Part shown: piece by piece, positions 27,637-39,455 of the stretch | How positions within the stretch are numbered: the first letter of the stretch is position 1 | How the letters are laid out: the number at the start of each line of letters is the position of its first letter | Source: Mobula hypostoma | Taxonomy: Eukaryota | Reading direction: 5' to 3' | Length of the DNA: 64,000 bases | Assembly: GCF_963921235.1 (NCBI RefSeq) | Contig: NC_086097.1 | Location: 194,310,001-194,374,000 of the forward strand | Program-made: the position numbers and the translations under genes | The notes under the pieces: model-generated | The model's input: only the letters and a program-made list of their open reading frames with translations | Databases searched by the model: none | What the model was told of the DNA's origin: nothing

Positions 27637-28095
27637 AAGACTATAAAATGTAGGAGCAGAATTAGGCCATTTGGCCCATACAGTCTGCTCCACTATTTCA
27701 TCATGGTTGACCCATTTCTCTCTCAACCCCATTCTCTTGTTTTCTCACTGTAACCTTTCATGCCCTGACTAATCAAGAACCTATCAACCTCTGCCTTTAA
27801 TGCACCCAATGACCTAGCCCCCAGAGCCACCTGTGGCAACAAATTCCACAGATTCAGCAACCTCTGGCTAAAAAATTCCTCATCTTGGTTCTAAAGCAAC
27901 GTCCCTCTATTCTGAGGCTGTGCCCTCTGGTTTCAGACTCCACCACCACAGGAAACATCCTCGCCACATTCACTCTGTCTAGGTCTTTCAACATTTCATA
28001 GGTTTCAATGAGATCCTCCCTCAGTACTTGCTGAAATTTAGAAGAAAGGCCAAGAGCCATCAATCGCTCTTCATATGATAATCCTTTCATTCCCT
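27637..28095 (-). mobile_element. CR1 3' fragment
   Basis: GLSYEERL...TRGHSLRI and a CR1 tail. Confidence 0.8.
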
Positions 28096-29130
28096 GTCTT
28101 CTCAGCGTCCACCCTGAATACTACATTTCAGTAAGATCACCTGTCATTTCTCTTTTCACATTTGTATTGGAAATGTCTTAACCCATAGTGTAATCATACT
28201 TTATTACAGCATGGCAAATACCTATATGACATTTTTATTTCAAATATAAACAAGCAGCTATCAAAATTCAAATTGGAAATGATTTTCAGAAAACAGACAG
28301 TTGTAAGAAAAAGTTTGTGAAGCTTTTGCAATTACCTGGTTTTCTGCATTTATTACTCATAAAATGTGGTCTGATCTTCATCTGTCACAAACATAGACAA
28401 GCACAATCTGCCTATACTAATAGCACAAATAACATTGTACTTTTCATGACTTTATTGAACACATTATTTAATCATTCACAGTCCAGGCTGCTAAAAGTAT
28501 GTGAACCATTGCATTTAATAACTGGTAGTACCTCCTTTAACAGAAATAACATCCAACAAATGTTTCTTGTAGCTGTTGATCAGACTTGCACAACAGCAAG
28601 GAGGAATTTTAGACCATTGCTCCATACAAAACTGTTTCAGTTCATCAATATTTCTGGCATACCTTGCTTAAACAGCCCTTTTCTGATCATGCCACAGCAT
28701 ATCAATTGGGTTAAGGTCTGGACTCTGACTTGGCCATTCCAAAACACAAATTTTCTTCTTTTTAAAACATTCTGGTTTAAAAAGACTTCCAGTTTGGTCG
28801 CGGGCCACTCGACCATGGTTTTCAGTCGGGCGCCGGATGCTCAGAGATTCGGCCGGTGGCGGGGGGGGGGAGGTGCCTGGTGCTCGGCTGGGGGCCATGG
28901 TTGGGTCGGGTTGAGTGCTCGGCGACTTGGGCCGGCTCCCCCACCGGACTTAGTCTGGTGAGGAGGGTGTGAGGACACCCAGCAGGACTAAAAAAAACAA
29001 GACCTGACAAAGGACAGATGAGCTCCTTGTGAGCCAAAGGCCATCTTCCATGGAAGAGATTAAAGCCTCACCATGTATCTACAAATCGTATGCTATGCAC
29101 TTAGTTAGAAGAGACATGATGAACTTGGGC

Positions 29131-29308
29131 GCTGCACCGTGTGCCTGGACCTGCCCAAGGCCTCCGCCTACGGAAGGGCCTAGCTCCAAGAAGCAGCCAC
29201 GGCTGGAGGCCGACACAGCCTCGGGCTCAAGTTCAGTGGGGGCGGCGCAGGGTGGTGCCAAAGCAGCCAGCAAAAACAAACTGGAGGAGAGGCTGTACTC
29301 GGTGCTGT
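29131..29308 (+). pseudogene. CYHR1: Circularly permuted fragment of CYHR1/ZFTRAF1 first coding exon
   Basis: 29172-29308 encodes ...SKKQPRLEA...[10 protein letters not shown]+t and 29131-29171 encodes gc+[13 protein letters not shown]. The native order is [24 protein letters not shown]. Confidence 0.8.
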
Positions 29309-29491
29309 CGCAAGATCGAAGAAGATGGAGGTGCACAGCCGCCAACCACAGATTCGGGACGGCACCCACTGACTAACTGAAACCATTCTGTTGTTGATTT
29401 ACTCTTGTGTTTCAGATCATTGTCTTGTTGCATCATCCAACTCCTATTAAGCTTCAAGTGAGGGACCACTACCCTGCCCATACTCTTGTAT

Positions 29492-30940
29492 TTAAAAACG
29501 CAAACATGAGAAAATCTGCTGATGCTGGAATTTCAAGCAACATACATAAAAGTTGCTGGTAAACGCAGCAGGCCAGGCAGCATCTCCAGGAACAGGTACA
29601 GTCGATGTTTTGGGCCGAGACCCTTCATCAGGACTAACTGAAAGAAGAGCTAGTAAGAGATTTGAAAGGGAGAGGGGGAGATCCGAAATGATTGGAGAAG
29701 ACAGGAGAGGGAGGGATGGAGCCAAGAGCTGGACAGTTGATTGGCAAAAGGGATATGACAGGATCATGGAACAGGAGGCCTAGGGAGAAGGAGATGTCCT
29801 CCTTTTTTAAAGAAAGGGGCTTCCCTTCCTCCATCATCAACTCTGCTCTCAAACGCATCTCCCTGATTTCACGCACATCTGCTCTCACTCCATCCTCCCG
29901 CCACCCCACTAGGAATAGGGTTCCCCTTGTCCTCACCTACCACCCCACCAGCCTCCAGGTCCAACATATTATTCTCCGTAACTTCCGCCACCTCCAACAG
30001 GATGCCACCACTAATCACATCTTTCCCTCCCCCCCCCCTCTGCTTTCCACAGGGATCGCTCCCTACGCGACTCCCTTGTCCATTCGTCCCCCCCATCCCT
30101 CCCCAACGATCTCCCTCCTGGCACTTATCCTTGTAAGTGGAACAAGTGCTACACATGACCTTACACTTCCTCCCTCACCACCATTCAGGGCCCCAGACAG
30201 TCCTTCCAGGTGAGGCGACACTTCACCTGTGAGTCGGCTGGGGTGATATACTGCATCCGGTGCTCCCGATGCGGCCTTCGACATATTGGCGAGACCCGAC
30301 GCAGACTAGGAGATCGTTTCGCTGAACACCTACGCTCTGTCTGCCAGAGAAAGCAGGATCTCCCAGTGGCCACGCATTTTAATTCCACGTCCCATTCCCA
30401 TTCTGATATGTCTATTCACAGCCTCCTTTACTGTAAAGATGAAGTCACACTCAGGTTGGAGGAACAACAACTTATATTCCGTCTGGGTAGCCTCCAACCT
30501 GATGGCATGAACACTGACTTCTCAAACTTCCGTTAATGCCCCACCTTCCCCTCCTACCCCATCCGTTAATTATTTATTGATATACACACATTCTTTCTCT
30601 CTCTCTCCTTTTTCTCCCTCTGTCCCTCTCACTATACCCCTTGCCGATCCTCTGGGCTTTTCCTCCCCTCCCCCTTTTCTTTCTCCCTAGGCCTCCGGTC
30701 CCATGATCCTCTCATATCCCTTTGGCCAATCACCTGTCCAGCTCTTGGTTCCATCCCTCCCGCTCCTGTCTTCTCCTATCATTTCGGATCTCCCCCTCCC
30801 CCTCCCACTTTCAAATCTCTTACTAGATCTTCTTTCAGGTAGTCCTGACAAAGGGTCTCAACCCGAAACGTCGACTGTACCTCTTCCTAGAGATGCTGCC
30901 TGGCCTGCTGCGCTCACCAGCAACTTTTATGCATGTTGCC
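29492..30940 (+). mobile_element. 5'-truncated Penelope-like element with an inverted terminal-repeat copy at its 5' side
   Basis: Minus-strand terminal repeat at about 29492-29781, then plus-strand RT C-terminus, GIY-YIG and terminal repeat. Imperfect flanking duplication gcccatactcttgtat / gccataatcctgtat. Confidence 0.9.
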
Positions 30941-31819
30941 ATAATCCTGTATAATGTCTTGATACAATTTTGAATTCATTGTTCCCTCAATAATTGCAAG
31001 TTATCCAGGCCCTCTGGCAGCAAAGCAGCCCCAAACCATGATGCTCCTTCCTCCATGCTTCACAGTTGTTATGAGGTTTCGGTGTTGGTGTGCAATGTCC
31101 TTTTTCCTCCAAACATAGCAGTGTATATTTCTGCCAGAAAGTTCAACTTCTGTCTCATCTGTCCACAAAATATTGTCCCAGAAGCATTGTGGAACATCCA
31201 GGTTGTCTTTGCAAACTTGCAATGTGCCACAATGTTGTTTTGGAAAGCAGTGATGTCCTCTGGGGTGTCCTTCCATGAACACCATTCTTGTTCAGTGCTT
31301 TTCTTATACTGGGCACAGGAACAGAGACTCTAGCAAGTTCTCGAGATTTCTGCAGGTCTTTTTCACCTCCTTCAGCATTGCACACTGTGTTCTTGGTATG
31401 ATCTTTGCAGGACACCCACTCCTAGGGAGAGTAGCAAGAGTACTGAATTTCCTTCATTTGGAGACTGCTTCTTTTATTGTGGACAGATGAACACTCAGGT
31501 CTTTAGAAATGCTTTTGTAGCCTTTTCTGGCTTCATGCATCTCTACAATTCTTCTTCTAAGATCCTCTGAAAATTATTTTGGTCGAGGCATAAAGAGATC
31601 TTTCCTGAGAAGCTCAGGCTCTGTCAGTAACCTGACTTTGTGTGTCTTTTTTATAGGGCAGGGCACCTCTACAGCCCATACTTCCTATCTCATCTCATTG
31701 ATTGGAACACCCGACTCCAAATAGCTTTTGTAGGAGGCGATACCCCAGAGGTTCATACTTTTTTGAACTTAAACTGTGATTGTTTAAATGGTGTATTCAG
31801 TATTGACGAGAAGAAGTGC

Positions 31820-31990
31820 GCACCACACAGCAACCCCTGATTTAACCCAAGTTCAATCATGGAACAGTTCACAATGACCAATTAACCTATAAACTGGAGT
31901 ACCCGAAGGAATCACAGGTGGTTACAGAGAGAATGTACAAACTGCTTTCCGGCAGCAATGGGAATTGAACCCGCGTCCCTGGTACTGTAT
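31820..31990 (-). mobile_element. V-SINE (HE1-like) fragment
   Basis: Minus strand GGGTTCAATTCC B-box followed by a V-domain-like gtttgtacattctc...gggtactccagttt. Confidence 0.65.
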
Positions 31991-32170
31991 GATGTTGTTT
32001 GTGTGTTATTAGTTCAGGCAGATTCTGTTAGTCTATTATTGTGACTTAAATGAAGATCAGACCACATTTTATGCATAATTAATGCAGAAAACCAGGTAAT
32101 TGCAAAGGGTTCACAAACTTTTTTCTTACAACTGTATATTGATGTAAAACTTAATATACATTCTACTCAC

Positions 32171-32253
32171 CAGTCGAACTTGTATGGTGCGAATACCTTT
32201 GTTGTTTGCTGTTGCTGATAATGAATTGTCTATTAATTCAGCAAAGGCAAAAG
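32171..32253 (-). CDS. SMCHD1: SMCHD1 exon 4 (83 nt, PFAFAELIDNSLSATANNKGIRTIQVRL; GHKL motif I with catalytic Glu)
   Basis: AELIDNS GHKL motif. Boundaries aaacag| and CTG|GTGAGT. Confidence 0.97.
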
Positions 32254-32377
32254 CTGTTTATGATGAAAAAAGTAAATTATTTATAAATAATTGAATGCTG
32301 ATCTTTCTAGGTCAAGAAATTCTGAACAAGCAATATACAACTGTACAGTGTACAACTGGTGCTAGTGGAATACTTAC

Positions 32378-32539
32378 GCAAAGGAGTCTGTCCTTCACTG
32401 GCATAATATTCATACATGCCACTTTTAACCAATGTATCATAGTGAGGAAGAAAATCAATTCTTTCTCTTGTTGCTGAGGGCAGTGTTTGGTCTGCTGAAT
32501 AAAGTATATACAAGGTGGCTCCATCTTTGACATATTTAT
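32378..32539 (-). CDS. SMCHD1: SMCHD1 exon 3 (162 nt, DKYVKDG...RIDFLPHYDTLVKSGMYEYYASEGQTPL)
   Basis: Nearly identical to the human RIDFLPHYDTLVKSGMYEYYASEGQ motif. AG/GT boundaries, phase 1-1. Confidence 0.97.
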
Positions 32540-33994
32540 CTAAAATTGGGGAAAAAAATTGGGATATGTTTCCAGTTAGTGAACAACAACCTAATAATTT
32601 GTATGTAGCCAATGGTCCAATTTTATATGCTGCACAATAACGAGTTCCTACTAAAAATGAGCCTCAGCACCTTATTCAAAAGTCATAGATGATCAATCTA
32701 TTCCACAAGGCTGCATACTCATTTTAAATAAATTTCTTGTTTTACGCATGGTAAAGGACAAACCTACAAACCACTAGAACATTAAATATGCATATTTAAA
32801 AACAGCCTTAAGATTGTGTAACAAAATTACACACAAATTTGATTCACCAACTCTGAAATAACCAATATTCAGTACTGCAGCTTCCCTTAATTAATCTGAA
32901 TCTAAAAGACAAATACACCAGTTTATACTTAATCAATATGAAATCAGAGCTTCATTTTTTATATGTTGAGTTATAGGACCTGTTTGCAAGTTTATACATT
33001 TTCCACATTAAATACCACAACAGAATAACAACAGTTATAAGGAGGAAAAATACTTATGCACTCAGTGTCCAGCATCCCAAGCAAACACTTGCTTTATAAT
33101 TGTTTTTTTCTGAGGAACAAAAAAAACTACTCAGTCGTATTGCTTCCTGCATCTCAAAAATGTGAGGGAAATTCATGCACCTAATTGTGTGTTGCCATTT
33201 TACTTTGTCTACAATTCAACATCTTCAAAACCAAAGCCTTAAAAAAAGGTTTGCCAGTCAAGTAGAGTGAATATCACTGGTGAAAGCTATAAGCTGTATT
33301 TTAGGGAAACAGTATTACAGGAAATATTAATGGGCTATGACAGAGCGATGGGACTTGTTAATGCATTCTCAATGAGGCTTTCTTGTGGTTGTGAAGAGTC
33401 ATCAGTTGATTTAACTTCTGTGCACATATATTCGTTTTGATTTCTGAACTTGCTCATTTTTTTTTGAATTTCACTCATTGCAGCTACAATTTTATAAAGC
33501 ACCAAGTTTAGTGTTATCTGACAAGCTGTTCACTTAAACATTTATTGAATACCTTGTACCATGATCCTTTACTAATTGACAGTACAGGTCCTGAGTGGAC
33601 CCATTTTTAAAGTGAGAAAGTCAAGTGAAATGTCATGATTGTGTCCCTAACCAAAATTTGTAAGATACAAATAGGCAAGAAATAGGATAGGTCTTGGTCA
33701 TCTAATATTCTTTCTCTCAGTCAGCAAAACACACACTGGAGACAGAAGGGACCTTTTCCATCAATGCCTGCCTTTGCTGAGAAGTTGTTAGCAAGATATG
33801 GAAATTCAGCCATGCTTTAAGTTCTCATCATGGACCTTGTTGTTTTGTGGGAGTTGGGGGAAATCCATGGTACTGTAAGTACAATTGATTAATTTTGTTC
33901 AGATTAATGAGGCAAATATTTGAAGCATGCTTTAATGTAAAGTATTGCGACTACATCGTACCAAAATAAATAACCTGGTTTAAAATGAACTTAC

Positions 33995-34070
33995 CAAAGT
34001 TTTGACTTTTGATTTCTTTTCTATTTGTTGTTGTAATGACAAATTTATTTTCTTCAGCAATTTCAAAAGC
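33995..34070 (-). CDS. SMCHD1: SMCHD1 exon 2 (76 nt, AFEIAEENKFVITTTNRKEIKSQNF)
   Basis: ttttttag| acceptor and G|GTAAGT donor. Matches human EEKFVITTTSRKEI. Confidence 0.95.
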
Positions 34071-34394
34071 CTAAAAAAATGCAAAAGAGACTGTTATAGT
34101 TGACTAGAGGAAGCTCCCATACACCAAACTTACCAAATACAATAAAGTCGGCACGATGCTACTATTTGGCAATGTAGTGTCTTCCTATCATTATACAAAG
34201 ACTGCAACTACATCAATATAAACTGAGAGGGGTGTTGAATCTTCAACACCATGCCTCTCCTGAACCTGTCCTTACGAAGACAGATGAGAGACAGAAGACA
34301 ATAGAATAGTGACATTGGGATAATACACATAATTTAAAATATGATCACCTTAGCAATTTCTACAAGACAAAACTTAACGTCATAAATGACTGTG

Positions 34395-35940
34395 ACATGC
34401 CGCCTGAGAATCCCTGCAGCAACTGGTGACACTGTAATATCTGTCTCAGAGGCTGACATCAGAACATCTTTCAAAAGGTGAACCCTCACAGAGGGTCAGG
34501 CCTTGATGGTGTACCTGGCAGGGCACTGAAAACGTGCCAACCAACTGGCTGGAGAGATCAAGGAGTTCTCCATCTCTCACTGCTGCAGTCACAGGTTCAA
34601 ACCTACATCAAAAGGACATCAATCATATCCAAACCCATGATGAGCAGGGTGAGCTATCTTAATGACCATTGCCTAGTGGCACTCACATCTACTGTGAGGA
34701 AGTGCTTTGAGAGACTGGTCATGGCTAGAATTAACTCTTGCCTCAGCAAGTACCTGGAATTGCTGCACTGTGCTTTCTGCCACAATAGGACCACAATGGA
34801 TTCCATCTCAGTCAACTTAGGAACACCTGGATGACAGCAATATCTACATCAGGCAGCTGAATATTGATATAGCTCAGCGTTTAGCACCATCAACTCCTCA
34901 GTTCTAATCAAGAATCTTCAAAACCTGGACCTCTGTACTTAATTCTGCAAACTGGATCCCTGACTTCCCAATCAGGAGACCACAGTCAGCGCAGATCAGA
35001 AATAACTGCTCCTCACAGACAATCAACAGAGGCACACCTCAAGGATGCATGCTTAGCCCACTGCTCTTTTCTCCCTACAGTCATGACTGTGTAGCTAGGC
35101 ACAGTTCAAATGATATCTATAAAATTGCTGATGACACAACTGTTGTTGGCAGAATTTCAGGTAGTGACAAGGTGGTGTACAGGAGTGAGGTGGATCGGCT
35201 GGTTGGGTGGTGTCGCAACAACAACCTTGCACTCAACGTCAGTAAGACTAAGGAACTGATTATGGACTTCAAGAAGGGTAGGTCAAGAAAACACACACCA
35301 GTCCTCGTCAAGGGGTCAGCAATGGAGAGAGAAGCTTCATGTTCCAGGTGTGAACATCACAGAAGATTTATCCTGGACCTTACATATTGGTACAATTATG
35401 AAGAAGACATGCCAGTGGCTACATTTCATTAGATGTTTGAGGTGATTTAGTATGTCAGTCAGGACTCTAGCAAATTTCTACAGATGTACCATGATGAGTA
35501 TTCTGAACTTCTTTGCATCACTATCTGATATGGAAGCACCACTGCAGATTGGAAAGACCTACAGCAAGTCGTAAGCTCAACCTGCTCCATCATGGGCACT
35601 AACCTCCCCAGCATCCAGGACACCTTTAAAAGCAGATCCCTCAAGAAGGGGGCATCTATCATTAAGGACACGCAGAGGACATGCCTTCTTCTCATTACTA
35701 TCATCAGAGAGGAGATACAGGAGCCTGAAGACCTATTCAGCATTTTAGGAACCACCTCTTGACCCTCTGCACCTGATTTCTGAATGGACAATGTCACTAC
35801 CACAGTATTTTTGCTCTTTTTGCACTACTTATTTATATTTCCTATTGTAACTTAAATTTTTTAAATTTATTGCCCTGTATCGTTACTGCAGAACAACAAA
35901 TCTCTTGCCATATGTCAGTGATGATAAACCAAATTCTGAA
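34395..35940 (+). mobile_element. Decayed Rex1/Babar-like LINE
   Basis: GLDGVPGR, VALTS..KCFERL, LSPLLF, ADDTTVVG and LNVSKTKE motifs. Confidence 0.8.
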
Positions 35941-37164
35941 TTTTTTTCTGTCAATGAGAACCACTACCGATGCACCATATATTTCATCCAATGTATCAAT
36001 GCGCCCTAACATGCATCAAAAGGCTGAACTACTTTTGAATTAAAATGTAAGAATTAATCCATGTGGTGAAGATACAAATGACTTGCACAGGAAACAGCCT
36101 GCAACATTATCTAAAGGTGGTGCCTGCGAACAATGTAACCAACGATGACGTACTGCTGATAATTCACAATACTTCTTTTGCTGCTTCTTTCCAAAATGAT
36201 TCTACCACTAAAATGCTTGGAATTGGAACCAGTCTGTTACATTTTGATGGTATGTTTTGGGACTAATTGAGCGATCTGGCGCTTTGCTGTCTCCAAAGGA
36301 GTTCAGAGAGATTTGGTGTGGAGTGTTTGTGGGCTCGAAGCCATGATCGACTCCATTGCTTCCCTCCAACCCCCAACTGAGGCATCGAGCATAGTTGAAG
36401 TTGACAGAGACAGGCAGGTGTTCGGTGCCATCTGCCTGCGTTTGACTGGTCTTCCTCTTCCTCTCGCTAGCTGCTGTTGAAGCAAAGTGCAGGAGTCTTG
36501 GGTTCTATGTTGCCAGGATTAATCAGCAAGGCCACGGACTCATTTTGGAACACTTTGAAGTTCATGTTGCATGTGTTCCTGGATCCTTTTTTTTGGCTAT
36601 TTGTGAGCGGTTTGATCAGGGAACTGGATGAGGACTGGAACGGTTCAGCAAAGAATGGCCCTGTGGTCTGCATTGACTAGCGGTATGGCGCTGAACTGAA
36701 AACTATTGGACTTCTGGTTTGATGTTTGCTCACTTTTGCTGTTTGCACAATACGTGCTTTTTTTCATGCATTGGGTGTTTGCTGTTTTCTTGAACTGGTT
36801 CCATGATGTTTCTGTTTCATGACTGCAAGGGGGAGAACAAATCTCAAGGTTGTATTCTGTATACGTATTGTGATAATACATACTCTTTGAATCTTTGAGC
36901 CCTTAATTCTGCTTGCTGGAAGCATCAAAGGATACACTCAATGATCTAGAAAACTCCATTACTTTCCCTTATGTACCAGCTCTCCATTTATTTGCCCAAT
37001 TCCAAATTCAGTCTAGATCTTACTTTAAACTAAATCTGTCGACATTAATATCACACTGCAGGAAGCAATGATCAACTGAATCAAAAAGTGTTAATGTTCA
37101 CTTACCAGACCATACTAAAGGCCAGTCGATAATGTTGTGCAGATGTATGGAAGTAGCTAGAGGC

Positions 37165-38313
37165 CAGCGAGCACTGTGAGAGTCATGTTTTTTGACTTCT
37201 CCAGTGCGTTCAACACCATCCGCCCTGCTCTGCTGGGGCAGAAGCTGACGGCGATGCAGGTGGATGCTTTCCTGGTGTCATGGATTCTTGATTACCTGAC
37301 TGGCAGACCACAGTACGTGTGCTTGCAACACTGTGTGTCCGACAGAGTGATCAGCAGCACTGGGGCTCCACAGGGAACTGTCTTGTCTCCCTTTCTCTTC
37401 ACCATTTACACCTCGGACTTCAATTACTGCACAGAGTCTTGTCATCTTCAGAAGTTTTCGGATGACTCTGCCATAGTTGGATGCATCAGCAGGGGAGATG
37501 AGGCTGAGTACAGGGCTATGGTACGAAACCTTGTCACATGGTGTGAGCAGAATTATCTGCAGCTTAATGTGAAAAAGACTAAGGAGCTGGTGGTAGACCT
37601 GAGGAGGGCTAAGGAACCAGTGACCCCTGTTTCCATCCAGGGGGTCAGTGTGGACATGGTGGAGGATTACAAATACCTGGGGATACGAATTGACAATAAA
37701 CTGGACAGGTCAAAGAACACTGAGGCTATCTACAAGAAGGGTCAGAGCCATCTCTATTTCCTGAGGAGACTGAGGTCCTTTAACATCTGCCAGACGATGC
37801 TGAGGATGTTCTATGAGTCTGTGGTGGCCGGTGCGATCATGTTTGCTGTTGTGTGCTGGGGCAGCAGGCTGAGGGCAGCAGACACCAACAGTATCAACAA
37901 ACTCATTTGTAAGGCCAGTGATGTTGTGGGGATGGAACCGGACTCTCTGACGGTGGTGTCTGAAAAGAGGATGCTGTCTAAGTTGCATGCCATCTTGGAC
38001 AATGTCTCCCATCCACTACATAATGTACTGGTTGGGCACAGGAGTACATTCAGCCAGAGACTCATTCCACCAAGATGCGACACAGAGCGTCATAGGAAGT
38101 CATTCCTGCCTGTGGCCATCAAACTTTACAACTCCTCCCTTGGAGGGTCAGACACCCTGAGCCAATAGGCTGATCCTGGACTTATTTCCTGGCATAATTT
38201 ACATATTACTATTTAATTATTTATGGTTTTATTACTACTTAATTATTTATGGTGCAACTGTAACGAAAACCAATTTCCCCCCGGGATCAATAAAGTATGA
38301 CTATGACTATGAC
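37165..38313 (+). mobile_element. Young Rex1/Babar-like LINE 3' end with an open 330-aa RT C-terminus
   Basis: [21 protein letters not shown] and KFSDDS motifs. Tail aataaag(tatgac)n. Confidence 0.9.
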
Positions 38314-38453
38314 CACGTTGGCAGCACACCAGAACCTCTCCTCTATGTAGCAAGGCCCCTCCACAAGTCCTAATCTAAGTGATTAGATGTACATTGTATC
38401 AGGCCCGCTCATCTCACTACTTGTTATTTAAATGTCAACAGATAACTACTAGC

Positions 38454-39455
38454 AACACACATAAAAATTGCTGGTGAACGCAGCAGGCCAGGCAGCATCT
38501 ATGGGAAGAGGTACAGTCGACGTTTTGGGTCGAGACCCTTTGTCAGGACTAACTGAAAGAAGAGACAGTAAGAGATTTGAAAGTGGGAGGGGGAGGGGGA
38601 AAGCCGAAATGATAGGAGAAGACAGGAGGGGGAGGGATGGAGCCAAGTGCTCGACAGTTGATTGGCAAAAGGGATATGAGAGGATCATGGGACAGGAGGC
38701 CTCGGGAGGAAGACAGGGAAGGGGGAAAGCCCAAAGTATGGGCAAGGAGTATAGTGAGAGGGACAGAGGGAGAAAAAGGAGAGAGAAAAAAATTAATAAT
38801 CATAATAATAATAATAAAAAATAAATAACGGATGGGATACAAAGGGGAGGTGGGGCATTAACGGAGGTTAGAGAAGTCAATGTTCATGCCATCAGGTTGG
38901 AGGCTACCCAGATGAAATATAAGGTGTTGTTCCTCCAACCTGAGTGTGGCTTCATCTTGACAGTAGAGTAGGCCATGGACAGACATATCAGAATGGGAGT
39001 GGGACATGGAATTAAAATATGTGGCCACTGGGAGAACCTGCTTTCTCTGGCGGACAAAGCGTAGATGTTCAGCGAAACGGTCTCCCAGCCTGCATCGGGT
39101 CTCGCTAACATACAGAAGGCCGCATCAGAAGCACCGGACGCAGGATATCACCACAGCCGACTCACAGGTGAAGTGTCGCCTCACCTGGAAGGACTGTCTG
39201 GGGCCCTGAATGGTGGTGAGGGAGGAAGTGTAAGGGCATGTGTAGCACTTGTTCATTTCAATCTCCCCCTCCCCTTCCCAGTTTCAAATCTCTTACTATC
39301 TCTTCTTTCAGTTAGTCCTGACGAAGGGTCTCGGCCCGAAACGTCAACTATACTTCTACCTATAGATGCTGCCTGGCCTGCTGCGTTCACCAGCAATTTT
39401 TATGTGTGTTGCTTGAAATTCCAGCATCTGCAGATTTCCCCGTGTTTGCATTTTT
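38454..39455 (-). mobile_element. Penelope-like element fragment with inverted terminal repeats and a 14-bp TSD
   Basis: Minus-strand GIY-YIG and terminal repeat (38454 to about 39253), plus-strand terminal repeat (about 39254-39455). Flanks AGATAACTACTAGC / AGATTACTACTAGC. Confidence 0.9.
39314..39349 (+). ncRNA. Minimal hammerhead ribozyme, core intact, one stem I mismatch
   Basis: AGTC-CTGACGA-A-GGG-TCTCGG-CCC-GAAA-CG-TC-AACT. Confidence 0.75.

Larger units (their letters stand above)
28298..32134 (-). mobile_element. Tc1-like transposon with long TIRs, hosting three nested insertions
   Basis: CAGTTGTAAGAAAAAGTTTGTGAA / TTCACAAACTTTTTTCTTACAACTG|TA. Transposase motifs ILWTDET, KHGG..IMVWGCF, QQDND.KH and [11 protein letters not shown]. 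Confidence 0.92.

Noticed and set aside
28925..29050. Possible HDV-like ribozyme in the mosaic insert
   Set aside because: I could not build a consistent P1/P1.1/P2/P3 nested pseudoknot by eye.
29029..29376. 115-aa ORF as a functional novel gene
   Set aside because: It crosses mosaic junctions, starts at a non-ATG codon, and has the CYHR1 RING residues out of frame and out of order.
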